From Curvularia clavata (taxonomy: Eukaryota), in NCBI GenBank assembly GCA_023920165.1, contig CP089275.1:1612001-1676000 (forward strand): a DNA stretch of 64,000 nucleotides, read 5' to 3'. Below the pieces are notes generated by a model. That model was not told where the DNA came from and ran no database searches. It saw only the letters and a list, made by a program, of their open reading frames with translations. Of the stretch, positions 52,501 to 64,000 are shown piece by piece; position 1 is the stretch's first letter, and every line of letters begins with the position of its first letter. A program made the position numbers and the translations under genes.

Positions 52501-53023
52501 CGATGTCACCGCGGTAGCCTTTTCGCCAGACGGGCAGCTAGTTGCATCGGCATCTTACGACAGGACAGTACGGCTATGGGAGACGGCGACGGGGACGTGT
52601 CGCAGTACACTCAAGGGCCATTCTTCGTATATTACCGCGGTAGTCTTCTCGCCAGACGGGCAGCTAGTCGCGTCAGCATCTGACGACAGGACAGTACGGC
52701 TATGGGAGGTGGCGACGGGGATGTGTTATAGCACGCTGAAAGGTTCTTTCGGCATCAAGTATATCAATTTCTCACCAGATAGCCAGGTACTTCACACGAA
52801 CAAAGGTGATGTTCCTTTGCCTCAACCCCCTATCGTCTTATCGCTCTCAGGGCCGCAGCCGCAGTCTTCATACGTTCGAGTACAGGATCAGTGGATAATG
52901 CGCAACCAACAACGCTTCCTATGGCTTCCGCCAGAATATCGATCAAGGGAGTCCGCAGTACATGAAGACACAGTTTGTCTGGGGCTTACGTCTGGTCGTG
53001 TGCTTCTACTTAGGATTCTCTAG
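49531..53023 (+). CDS. Fungal NLR (HET-E-like STAND protein): HeLo-like N-terminal domain, NACHT, WD40 repeats
   Basis: N-terminus MDGLSGAASVIAVVDIS...ALKWPF; CLPNTR; Walker A GMAGTGKST; Walker B IVVIDALDECE; HLSFREFL; LQYACRYW..HL; PLQIYYSALLFAP; seven WD40 units. Introns 49950-50007 and 51590-51640 restore one continuous frame. Confidence 0.93.
51854..52729 (+). repeat. Highly conserved internal WD40 tandem array, 7 units of 126 or 123 bp
   Basis: Units start at 51854, 51980, 52103, 52229, 52352, 52478 and 52604; units 2 and 4 each lack one codon. Confidence 0.95.
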
Positions 53024-53940
53024 CGCTTTGCTTTTAGATACTTGCTGTAGTATAAGCATAAGATAGGCTTTATCCCATAATATAACTAAACATTGTGTAG
53101 TACTAGGTCTTGTTGACAATTTGCTTTAAGCACGATGGATAGATAGTTGTGGAGAAAATGCGGCTGAAACCAAGTAGGATACATCTATCTATGCTCGGCA
53201 TTGCTGGCGTAGCCAACAGCCGACGCCGCTTCACGTCACTCTCTTATGAGAGCCAGCTGTTCCTAGAGGCCAGCTGTTTTCTCTCTACTAATATCTACAA
53301 TCTCAAGCACCACCTCTGCGTTGGAGCTAGTACGCTCAGACTGCTTATTAGTGCTGCGCCATAGCCCTGACAGCTACTAATGATCATTAACCACGCAGCG
53401 ACGTTTATATAAGATATGAAGAGCCGCCTAGCGCGAGTCGAAGTACTAATCACGACTGCGATTTTGCATAAACTTGAGCTTTGTAGGCGCCACAAGGCTA
53501 AAACTAGCTTACTGCGCTTTGATGAAATTCCATGGGGATATCTGTAGTCCTGTAGAAGTTTTTTAACGCTATAAGCGTTTATACAGCGTTATAGTACAGC
53601 ATTGCGATTATATTAGAAGAAGGGCCTGCTGTAACTTATCCAAAAGGTCAACAATGACGTAATTTATCGTTTGGTATATTGAAATAGACCAATAGGCAGC
53701 TTTAGTACATAAGTATTATAGCTTCCTAGTGATTCTCAACGTGTGCGCAGAAGGCGAAGTCCCGAAAATCAAAGTACCCCTCATTTGTCCCAGCACGCAG
53801 GGATGGACGTTAGCAAGTAACAGTACTTCTTTCGCTTCATCTACATACTTGCGCTCAGAACATGGTTTGCTCAGCACTCCTCTCTCTCTTAAGCTCAAGA
53901 GATACTTTTCCTTCCCACATACACATACAGCTACTGCCAC

Positions 53941-56487
53941 CTAGAACAAGTCGAGAAGATCTTGGTTGCTCTTCTTGCTCTGCTGTCCACCAGCCAATTG
54001 CTGGCTCGCAGGCGGCGGCTGACTAGTTTCCATGCTCATGCTTGCAAACCCATTCATAATGTCGTCGTTACTCATCTGGCCCGCAGGTGCGGCTGGGGCT
54101 CCGCCGCCGCCGCCGCTTCCTCCGTCTCCGAACAATCCGAGCAGATCGTCCATGTTTGATTGTGGTTGACCCGCATTTCCCACAGGTGATGCCACACGTT
54201 GCGGTGTGCCAGCAAGACCCTCCAGTCCAGATGTGCCAGGTGTAGGCTGCTTTTGCATCGACGCAGGCGCAGATCCATCAAAGTCAATGTCCAGAAGATT
54301 CTCGATGTTCGCGGGCGCTTGTCCACCGGCTGCCACTGCTGCAGCTGCTGCAGCAATCGGATTCTCTCGCGCCTCTTCTTGTTGCTCCTCGATCGCGGCT
54401 CGTTGCATCGCTTCCGCACCGAACCTACCCTGTCCAAGGAAGGCCTCCGGTGGCTTGTGGTAAACTGACGCCAGAGTCGATAGCTCTGTAAGCAGAGTCT
54501 CGAGTAATTGAGGAGGCAGCGACCGTATTGTCGATGTAATTGGAGGCTTGTCAGAAAGCACAATTTCCTGAATCACATCAACACCTGTTCTGAATCATTG
54601 TCATAGGTATCACATACCTTGGTGATCTGTGGATCACTGGAAAGCAGTCGCCAGTAGACATAAGCCCGGTCCCGGATATCTGGGTTGTCATTGTCTGCCG
54701 TGGCGGCTTGCAGGACCTTTGTCACTAGGCCTTGTGCTTGGTCTGGTTTCTTTAGGAACAGCTTGACGACAGCTGTAAGAATTTGAAGTTGTGTCTAAAC
54801 TTTGTCAGCCTTTTCCGTCTAGACATTCCAGGTAAACATACCTGAGTGAACTCTTCGGCGAACGTGTCGACAAAATTTGACAGAATCTCGCCAGCGTTGT
54901 TAATCTTCTCTGCATACTCTCCTACAATCCAGATGAGCGAAGCTCTGGCATTCGGCTCATCCAGCTCATCTATGCACTGGCACAGTGTCGGTATTATGCC
55001 CTCGTATCCGGGATACTTTCGGAAAATATCCTTGATAACTACAATCGCTTCCTGGACGACGTAGTTGACCTTGGTGTTGATGAGGTCGAGCAGCGTGTTG
55101 ACGCACTTCTCGCTCGCGCTTTCGATCTTGATAGCAACTTGGCCAATCGCCTTGACAGCTCGTCGAACAAAGTCCATGTCTACCTCCATGGCGTACTCCT
55201 TCAGCTCAGCAAGCAGTTGGTCCACGTTCTTGTCATTTGCTATCTGGACCATGATTTCAAGCTTTTGCATCTTTAGGTATGGCGGGTCGTTGTATTTACA
55301 GAAGAAAACGCGCATTTCCTTGCTGAGAATGTCGGGTTGCTTTTGAAGGAGCAAATCAATGTTCCGTAGCGCGACGTACTGTACCTCTGGCGCAGATGAG
55401 ACAAGTGTGACTGTAGTATATTAGCAGTAGTCTCGTGGTTCTGACGTGAATACGCACCTAGCGGCGGTGCCATCTTCTTCAGATATGACTTCATCAACTC
55501 AGGGGAAATGTGTCTCATGTGCAAGAAGACAACCTTTACAGCTGCCAACACTACACTGGGATTGACGTGCTGGAATTGCGGAACAACTCGTTCGCAAATG
55601 TGCTCCGCCTCCTTGGTATCTACTGCCTTGTAGTCTGCCAAAGTGGTGAGTAGAGTCACACGACCCCACTCTGTGCACTCATTCAGTGCCAAAAGCATCT
55701 TCTTGAGTTGCGCCGAGGTAATAACAAGGGCCTTGGTTTCTGGTGCGGTTTCCTGGATCTCCACCAGCGCTGTGACTGAGTTTGCGACTACCATGGGGTT
55801 GGGGTCTCCGACCAGCTCTTGCAGCTGCTCGATGAAGCCGTTCTCAACGCACATGGCGGGAGCGAGGTCAAATAGCTTAGCCACACACAAGGCTGCGGTC
55901 TTCCGTACGTATGGTGATTCGTCTCTCAGCGTTTTCCGCAAGGGCTCCTCCATGTAATCCACCATCTTGTCAACTCGAATACATCCCATCGTCCGTATCG
56001 CTATCGCTCGTATAAGAGGGTTCGGGTCTTCCGAGTCTTGAACAAACGTATTTACGGCGAGAATGCATAGATCGGGGTGTGACTTGGCATAGTTCCTGAG
56101 ACATTTCGTCAGTTTCTTGTAGCACTGCACCACCGAATGCACACACATGAGGTATAGATATACCAGCTTCTTCTGGTCCAAGTCTGAGGTTGCGATATTC
56201 TTCAAAACATCGGGAAACAGCGCAGACACATCCTTGCCCAGGGTCATTGACATGATTGTCTTTTGAATGGCCTCTTTTCTGCGACAGTCTCAGTATTCTG
56301 GCCATTATATCTCCCGTAGGACTCGGCGCTCACCGTTCGTAGGCATATTGGGAACTAAAGGCAATCGTCAGTTGTGAACAGCTGTACTTGTGCCTGGGGT
56401 GAATTCATACACCAGACCGGCCCGCAACTCGAATGTTTCTCCCTTGCGCGGCGGCGCAAATGCGCCCCTTATTCTACTGACAGCCAT
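53941..56487 (-). CDS. APL2: AP-1 adaptor complex beta subunit (beta-adaptin)
   Basis: [100 protein letters not shown]. Multi-intron gene including a 21-nt micro-exon at 56334-56354. Confidence 0.93.
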
Positions 56488-58752
56488 CTTAATAGTAAGG
56501 CACCCGCCGACTGCTCAGCCCAAACCCCTCCGATTGCGGCTTGTGAAGGTGGGATGTTTATGTACGGTCGGTTTGAGGGAAGAGGTTACCAATTTGTATT
56601 ATTGTGGGCTTCTCCTAGAATTCAATCAAGAAATCACTATCTTCGAGAGTCGAGTGGCGGCGTGGGGAGGGATTCGCGGAAGAGGACAATGTTCGTGGAG
56701 CTTCGCGACTGCCACCTTGATGACGAGGCCCGTGCGTCGGAATTGCATCTAGCCCAATGCTTCGACACTTCCGCCTCCGTTACTCCGCGATTACGAGCAT
56801 CAACATGGTAAGTTGAAGGGTAATTGTTTCGGTAGAGACTCTAACACATATCGACAGCCTTCTAATTTGCCAAACCTGCGTCGACTCTTTGTCGAAGCGC
56901 GTAGCGAAGCCGAAGAGAGCGCTTACTCGAGGAAGGCTGTATGTTGTTCTCTAGCCTCAACATGGAACCTGGGTTGATGTGATTGCAGTTTTACAACCTC
57001 GCCATCTTCATATCTTCTGTTGCCGTCTTCAGTTTAGTGGCCCAGCGCATGACTTCTGGAAAAGGTATTGCCTCATAGGCTGTTTGTCGTGCTGAGGGCT
57101 TCACTACCAGGCCCCGACTACAACTCGTAGAGGGTGGTTCTAAGCACAAGAACCACCCTTGGCGCCTAACGTCGGATTTGCAATTAATTTGCAGTTCCAG
57201 CTTTACCGCAGTATTGCTCGATATATCAACCACCTAGGGATTAGACTTAGGCGCACGCATGCTCTACGGTTGCGTCATGTGAGCCTCCCTTCACGATCGA
57301 CAAGCACTAGGAAGCGCCGCGCCACTTGTCGTCCCTGATGACTCGATTAAAAAATTGGCAATCTTTTCGATTCCGTATGAGCGTGTTCGAGGATACTTGG
57401 AGGAAAAGAAGAGCCGGTGCGACTCAATCAGCGTGTTCACAGTATAACTCACTTCTACGAAGACCTGCTTAGACGCAAGTCAAAAGACACTTCAATACAG
57501 ACCCCTCAGAAGATGTGTTTAAATTATCGAGTATATCAATATGTATTCACAAGTCTTGAATGCAAATTCTCAGCTAAATAGCCAGTGCAAATGACATCGA
57601 TCGTATCGCACCACCCATCTGACCCATCCAATACACCACAATAAACCCACCTGCAAAGCGCCTAGACGCACACTCTGCCGGTTCCACTAAGTAAACTTCG
57701 TACAAGCCATCACTAGCATACCCAGGTGCTGATACAGCCTCTAGCCCACCAACACCAAGCCCACCATATCTCGCACAGCTGCATTAACCACTTAAACCCT
57801 CACCACCCTTATCACATCTTCACTGGCATGCCAATTTCTCGGCTTTACATTGCATCACCAATCTCGCCCTCTACCACATCGTTCCGTTTCACCTCGAGAC
57901 GCGCCAGCCAAGAACGTCCGCCACCCCAACACTAACCCGAACCCCAACTTCAACAAGCCCTGCGCTGATGACCAACACCAGCAAGCCCAGCACCCGATGA
58001 CAAAACTCCAGCGGGCTAGATCGAAACGGCAACCCCATCTTCCGAACGATTATTACACAGGATACGATATTTGCTCGTGGGTGGGTGAACAAGCCGATAC
58101 GGAAACTGTGCCAAATTCCTGCCTGATCGACCCCAGGGTATCCAACAAGAGTTTTCCTGTTCCTAGATTCCTGAGACAGATATGGTTCCAGTGCCTGGAA
58201 TTGGTGCGGTTTTATGCGCCGAGGTAGGCCAAGAGAGCGAGGGGTTGAACAAGCTGGCAAAAGGTTGGAAAATTCGCATGCAAGTGTGAAGGGTAGTAAT
58301 GCAGGTACACATTTTCATGAAATTCTGTTGAACTGATTCGCCTCTTCAAAAACACATACAAAGGAAATCGCAACTATATCGTACACCCCACCAAACCATC
58401 TGTCCAATCCAGCTCTTCAAAAAAAACACGTCTCCATGGAGACTTTGTGATGCTATCATGTATAGAGTGGTATAATGTATATGTGTGACTTCTTTCTCTT
58501 TTCCATTTACCCCCTCTAGGGGACGGAAAACGTACACAAAAACGTTCTCTTGGTTATAAAACTACCATCAAAAAAATGTCATGAAAAAAATGGGTAAAAA
58601 AGAGGTAACATCTCGCCTATTACAGTGTATAACCACCGCCAGCCCCGCCCGCCTTTCGAGCAGCTATTCCAAAGCCTGCTCTCTCTCTCGACCATCATTT
58701 CATCGCTCATCCCATCCCCTCGTCCCCTGTCCTACTTCTGCGGTTAAGGCGT

Positions 58753-59965
58753 TTAGGCAATGAACTCACGAACAGCGAAGCGGCCACGGCCCTTGCCCTT
58801 GGCCCTGCCGCCGAAGCCACCACGGCCGCCATTGTTCTGGCCATTGTTTTGTCCGTTGTTTTGACCGTTGTTTTGACCGTTGTTCTGACCGTTGTTTTGT
58901 CCGTTGTTCTGACCGTTGTTTTGTCCGTTGTTCTGGCCATTGTTCTGGCCATTGTTCTGACCGTTGTTCTGACCGTTGTTGTTGTTGTTGTTGCCGCCAC
59001 CGCCGCCACCAACAGTGAACCTGACACAGTCATCCTGAGGACCACGTTGAGCAACCGGCATGAGAACGAGCTGATGGTTGCTAGCGGAAGTCAAGGTACA
59101 AGCACGATAGTTTCCGTTGGGGAGACCAGCAGTCAGATCGGCGGTGAGAAGACCCTGGCCATTGGCCTTGCCGTTGATACCTTTGAAGAAAGCGAAAACT
59201 TGAGGGTTGGGCGGGTTAGGGGTGTTGATGTCGTTACCCATATCCTGGACAGTAATATGCGTGTGTCCGACGACCTTTCCGCCCTGGAGATCCTGGGGAG
59301 CGGCATAGTAAGTGTTGTCAGGATTGGTGAAGGAACCAGCTACCAGGTTGTTGGTCTTGACAGCAAATTGAATGGCCTGGTTGGGTTGGATGTTGTCGCC
59401 GTTCTTGGGGTTGGTGAAAACAGTAGAGATCATGTTCTGGACCGAAGGAATTTTACCCATGGCTGCACACTGGTTAGATCGGGATGACAGGGATGGTGAG
59501 TAGAGTAAACTTACGAATACCGTTGCAAGAACCCTCCTTGACCTGGAGACCGTTGGTCAGGGTCTGGCCTGTACAGAAGTTGATGAAGTTGGCTTGGTCG
59601 CTTCTGAAGTTAGTCTTCTGATGCTAGGTAACGGTGCCTCTGAAAACTTACGTGGCAGAAGCTGCTTGACCAGCTTCGGCGTTGGCTCCAAGTCCGTTGG
59701 CTTGACTGTTCTTCTGGACGTTGTTGGCGTTCAGGCAAAGGTTGTTATTGCCGCCACCGTTGTTGTTGTTGCCCTGGTTGTTGTTCTGGCCATTGTTGTT
59801 CTGACCGTTGTTCTGGCCATTGTTTTGTCCGTTGTTCTGACCATTATTCTGACCGTTGTTCTGACCGCCCCGGTTGCCACCTTGGCCTTGTCCTTGCCTA
59901 CCGCCAAACTGGGCGTTGGCAACACCCGCCGCAAGGAGAATTGGGACGAGGGTAGAGAACCGCAT
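58753..59965 (-). CDS. Secreted Cys-containing protein flanked by two GQNN repeat blocks
   Basis: Signal peptide MRFSTLVPILLAAGVANA; core NFINFC..TLTNGLQ..GSCNGIPMG.IP, GHTHITVQ, FFKGIN and ASNHQ.VLMPVAQRGPQDDC. Introns 59604-59651 and 59463-59514. Confidence 0.85.
58831..58974 (-). repeat. 12-bp coding minisatellite x12 (Gly-Gln-Asn-Asn)
   Basis: Twelve units of RTTGTTYTGNCC on the + strand with synonymous variation only. A second, shorter block lies at about 59777-59866. Confidence 0.95.
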
Positions 59966-61224
59966 GTTGAAAGCTGGAAATAAGATTCGAAAATATAGCG
60001 AAAAAATGCTGTGTAAAGAGTGGAGTCCGGCTGGCGGGGGATTACAATAGGCAAGTGCAAGAAGATACAGATACGTTCAACGTAATCTGGGGAGAAAGAA
60101 TTAAGAGGAAGAGAAAGGAATGTAACCCTCAACTGCAGAACCGGATTGTGATAAAACAAGCGACTGATGATGGTGAGAAGGTCAAATAACCACGCGGAAA
60201 GAGGGTCCTTATGTCCTTGGCGATTTCAGAAGACCCAGGGTCGAAAAAACAACCTGGCAAGGCGGCTGGCCGTTCCTTGGGCATGAAACCCGCGATGAAG
60301 GCAGACACGTCTCAACCCACACGCTCCGGCATGCCTGGCATGGTGCACGGGGCACAGTTATCGAGATGCAGCGATGCTATTGACTGAGGCTGTCATGGCA
60401 GCCACTCCGACACAGGCAGGCGCCAGGCATTGAGCAGGAGAGACGAGAAACGCATCGTGTATGAGGTCGGCCATCCAAAGCACTTTGCGCCGCGAATGTC
60501 GTTCGCGCTAGCCGCTTTGGACCATTTCTGCCGATCCTCCTCGTTTTCGAGCATATTGACCACCTCCCCATATAATGCTTTACCATGTAACCAACAGTAA
60601 CCGGATGCACGGCAGAATCCTTTTGAGGCATTCCCGATAACCGTTGGCCTTGCGTCACGGCCAACCTGGTGGAAATTGGTTCACGCACCTCTCCGACACC
60701 AGCTGCAACCCATGCCTCCTCCTTGAGCCTCACCAGAAAAGGCACTGGAGAGCCAGAATCCAATACCAATGTGGCTAGTTGATTCTGTCATCATCTGTAC
60801 CCGAATGAGCTACGACCGGTGACAGGTGTAAGGTGGCAAGGCAGTAAGGCCGCAAAACCGGTATATCCTTTGCAACACATTGGTGCAGTACCTCAGGTTT
60901 GGACCAGCGTCGCGCTTCACCCAACGACACGACAGCCAGCGACGGCAACCTCTGTTCCGACCCTGTTTGCCGGCCTTATCTCAGCCTCGTTATTGGGGAG
61001 AAAATCCAAGGCGCTAAGCTTTTTGTCCTCGGGCCACAACCCACTGCCAAGCGCCAGTGTGGATGCGTTTTCGTCGCAACATTGTCTTTGCATTTCTTGG
61101 ATTACACCAGGGATTGCGTACTTTGACGATCTTGATTCCATGTTGCTTCCAGTTGCTTAATTCTTGGCTTTTCCAAGCAAACACTTTGCCGCTGTTCCCG
61201 TTGTTCCCGTATTGGCAGAACGTG

Positions 61225-61244
61225 CCCCCCCCCCCCCCCCCCCC
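61225..61244. repeat. Poly-C tract (C20)
   Basis: Read directly; a similar C15 tract is at 9253-9267. Confidence 0.9.
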
Positions 61245-61654
61245 GGAAACAAAAAGGACTTGAGACACTTCACACCTTGACCCCTCGCTACAAGTTTTGT
61301 GCCTTTTCGTACCTTGCAGGAGATTACTGAATCAACGTAAATTACCCCATACGGATCGGCTACAGTGGGTTCCCCCAGCATGCCTGAGGCAAGGTGAGTT
61401 TTCAGGCAGGATAGATCTGCATCTGTAACTGTCGGTTGCGAAAAACACCTAAAGCCGAGCCACTCTGACGCAGGTACTGACGGTGGTTGGAAGAAGGGGG
61501 TTACGCGCTGGTATATTCTTCTGCTTAACAATGCCACATACACACACACTTGTTTCCATTCCAGCCACGCGTTCTCTCTCGGAACTGTTAACACCCACGT
61601 CTCGAGGCGGTCAGATGCCTTCCTACGACCTAGCTTGCGCCACATGGGACCATT

Positions 61655-62788
61655 TCAGATGGTTAACTGCCCCTTCATAACCTCAACCACGCCACCTTCG
61701 AGAAGGACCTCCGAGATTGAGCCGCTGTCACCCATCTGGACCTCGAGGAAGATCTCGCTTTTCCTTCCCATTTCCACGCCTTGGACGATCTCGTACTTGA
61801 GCTTCTTACCAGCTTGTTTGCTTTCCAGTGAGAGATAGGCGACAAGGTCGCTGGCAGCGCTGCCGGTTGCTGGATCTTCTAATGGGCCTTCGATCATACG
61901 CGTCCTTAGTGTTGTTACACCGTCGTCCTTCTGCCCCGTCCGAACGAAGAAGTACGTGCCGACAAAGGTCGTGTTCCATCCCTCATCCAGGCCGTCGACA
62001 ATAAGGGACTGGCCGGCCAAGGACACCATACCCAATGCTTCAACGCTTTCTAGCTCGACCAAAACGAACGTCATGCCTTTGACAATGGATACAATAGGGA
62101 AGTCGTTGACTACCTTGATCTTTCCTTGCTGGTGAGCTTCTGCCAGTCGAGGCTGTAGTCCGAAGAGAGATTCGCTGCTGAATCTTTTGTTGTGAACATG
62201 ACTAAACTGGTTAGCCTGTGTGGACGGGAGTGCACTAAGTTGACATTGACAGGTGAAACAGAGACAGGAGTAGCATGTTGTCGAGCAGAAAGATCAAGAA
62301 GAACAGCCACGCCATCCACTTCGTACAAACATACATGTTCCCCTTTAACATGAACACAAGAAGAAACCAACGTACACATCGTGAGGTATTGCGGCCTTTG
62401 CCGTCCTCTTCGCTACATCGTATTGTAGCCGTACTAGTCCAGCCTTCAAGTTGAACTTGGCATCGATGACGCCGCTTTCAATTCCACGAGCTTTCGCAGT
62501 TCGGTCTAGGACATAACACGCCGTACCCACAGTAGGATGTCCTGCAAACGGCAGCTCCCGCGAAGTCATAAAGATGTCGACATTCCAGATGAGAGCATCC
62601 ACGCCCTCTGCATTCTCATGCAAGAAGCTTGTCTCAGAGAGATTGAACTCGCGAGCAATGGTCTGCTTCTGTTCCTGGGTTATTGTACTGCCGCTGGGTA
62701 CGTGCACGATGGCTAGCGGGTTGCCCTGGTAGGGCGTCGAGGTAAAAACGTCAACCGTGACAAAGTCGAACTGGGTATTTGTCGCCAT
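61655..62788 (-). CDS. PhzF-family (diaminopimelate epimerase-like) protein
   Basis: VDVFTSTPYQGNPLA, EFNLSETSF, ELPFAGHPTVG, EDPATGSAAS and QGVEMGRKSEI. Intron 62202-62375. Confidence 0.92.
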
Positions 62789-64000
62789 TGTATAAGGAGG
62801 TGGCAATAAAAAAGTCACTGTATGGTAGATGTGACGGATGCACTGCGTGCTCTGACACACATTTGTAAAAAAGGTAGCTGCTGGGACGACATGACTAATC
62901 CAGCATGCATGTACTATGTAGGGCGCACGATGACTCCTCAGCTCCACCTCCTCGCCTCAAAACTACCAACCCACGGAAATGCATCTCTGCTGCTCGGCAC
63001 GTGGTCATTCCTCTAAGCATTTCCGGGCATCTCCATCGGATTTGTCTCAATTCATGGTCTTGGTGACGTATAGTTGCCGTAAGAGACCGTCCAGAGCATG
63101 GCTGACCCGATTAGTATGGGTGCAGGTCTAGAAGGCACGACGAAGACCTAAGGGACCCGGCTTCCATTTGTGGTATTCAGCACAAGGCCTGTCTAGTTAT
63201 GTGGCCAAAAACCATGCTTTTGCTTTTTTTTGCATCTGAAGGGTCTGCTCAGCTACACTTGCCATACGGTATACGCCCTAGGAGACGCTAGAAGCAGTTA
63301 GCTCGACTAGACATGCAGCGCGCCCGCTGCCGGGAAGTCGGCCGAAGGACAGTTTTGCCTCGTTGGTGACTGGACTAAATAAGTTAAGCAGCGTTGAGTT
63401 CACATGGAGCGTTTGAAGAAGACACCATCATGGCTTCCCCTGAAGTTTGATGGCATAGATCAACCGTCATGTGTGACGACAGCAGGGTTAGTTTCTGGTA
63501 CCTTTTTTGGCCGGATGTAACTCCGGCAGTCTACGGCAGAGCGCGGTGCCCCTCCCTCCTTCACAATGTGGGGAAATCCGGCAATCAAGGTACGGTGGTG
63601 GTTATGGCGGATTCCGTGGCGACGGTAACATGGTGTTTGGAGGAAAGGGACCTAAGAATTAGTGTTTTCCTGGAATGCGCAGCAACTTGAGATGTTGCGA
63701 ATCCGAGTCCGGTGTGCGCTGTATGACGATGCAATGTACGTGTAAACGTGCTGTACAGCTGGCAAGAAAGATTTGCAGCTGGCTCAGCTCGCAGCTAGTG
63801 GAGAGTATCGTGAAGTGGTGCACGATGAAAGAAGGTTTTGGTGTTGCGACAATCACGTTCCTATCCAAATGAAGGGGGGGACCCCAGAAACTCTGACCAA
63901 CCAGAGACGGGGGCACGTTTGGGGTGGAGACGCAGAGAATGTTGAGCGTGGTGGTTCCTCACACGATCGCCCCGGAGATTATTACAACGGGCCACAGTGC

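Noticed and set aside
51854..52729. CRISPR-like periodicity
   Set aside because: The repeats are contiguous coding WD40 units without unique spacers, in a eukaryotic gene.
49321..53668. 9-bp direct repeat TAATTTATC (49321-49329 and 53660-53668) flanking the NLR, as a possible target-site duplication
   Set aside because: There are no terminal inverted repeats or transposase, and an AT-rich 9-mer match is expected by chance in these flanks.
57828..58227. Possible small orphan gene on the plus strand
   Set aside because: Two short ORFs in different frames, with no clear splice signals or motif support.
49531..59965. NLR and GQNN protein as an amyloid-signalling pair
   Set aside because: The NLR has no N-terminal amyloid motif, the GQNN protein has a signal peptide, and APL2 separates the two genes.

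Overview
This is a gene-dense window from a filamentous ascomycete. Short GT..AG introns with CTAAC/CTGAC branch points and the gene content suggest a Dothideomycete/Pleosporales-like fungus (inference). About 23 protein genes are supported: a DUR3-type urea transporter (3' part), a PL4 rhamnogalacturonan lyase, VAC7, MCM4, tubulin cofactor A, THOC7, a GNAT, UTP18, Elongin A, a CCCH zinc-finger protein, a peroxisomal 4CL-like acyl-CoA ligase, a Gbp2/Hrb1-like SR-RRM protein, a mitochondrial carrier, a NYN/PIN-like protein, AUR1, a HeLo-like-NACHT-WD40 NLR, AP-1 beta adaptin, a secreted GQNN-repeat protein, a PhzF-like protein and four hypotheticals. I saw no tRNA, rRNA, CRISPR array or intact transposon. 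The most notable observations are: (i) a 52-bp near-identical promoter duplication flanking a 5.9-kb three-gene block between divergent THOC7 and Elongin A; (ii) a hidden two-micro-exon alternative N-terminus for the Gbp2/Hrb1-like gene, whose branch point and acceptor lie inside the proximal coding start; (iii) an intact fungal NLR with seven highly similar, transition-diversified WD40 repeats between AT-rich flanks; (iv) an in-frame 228-nt intron in VAC7; and (v) a putative NYN nuclease preceded by a spliced uORF. Product names come from motif recognition, not from database searches.
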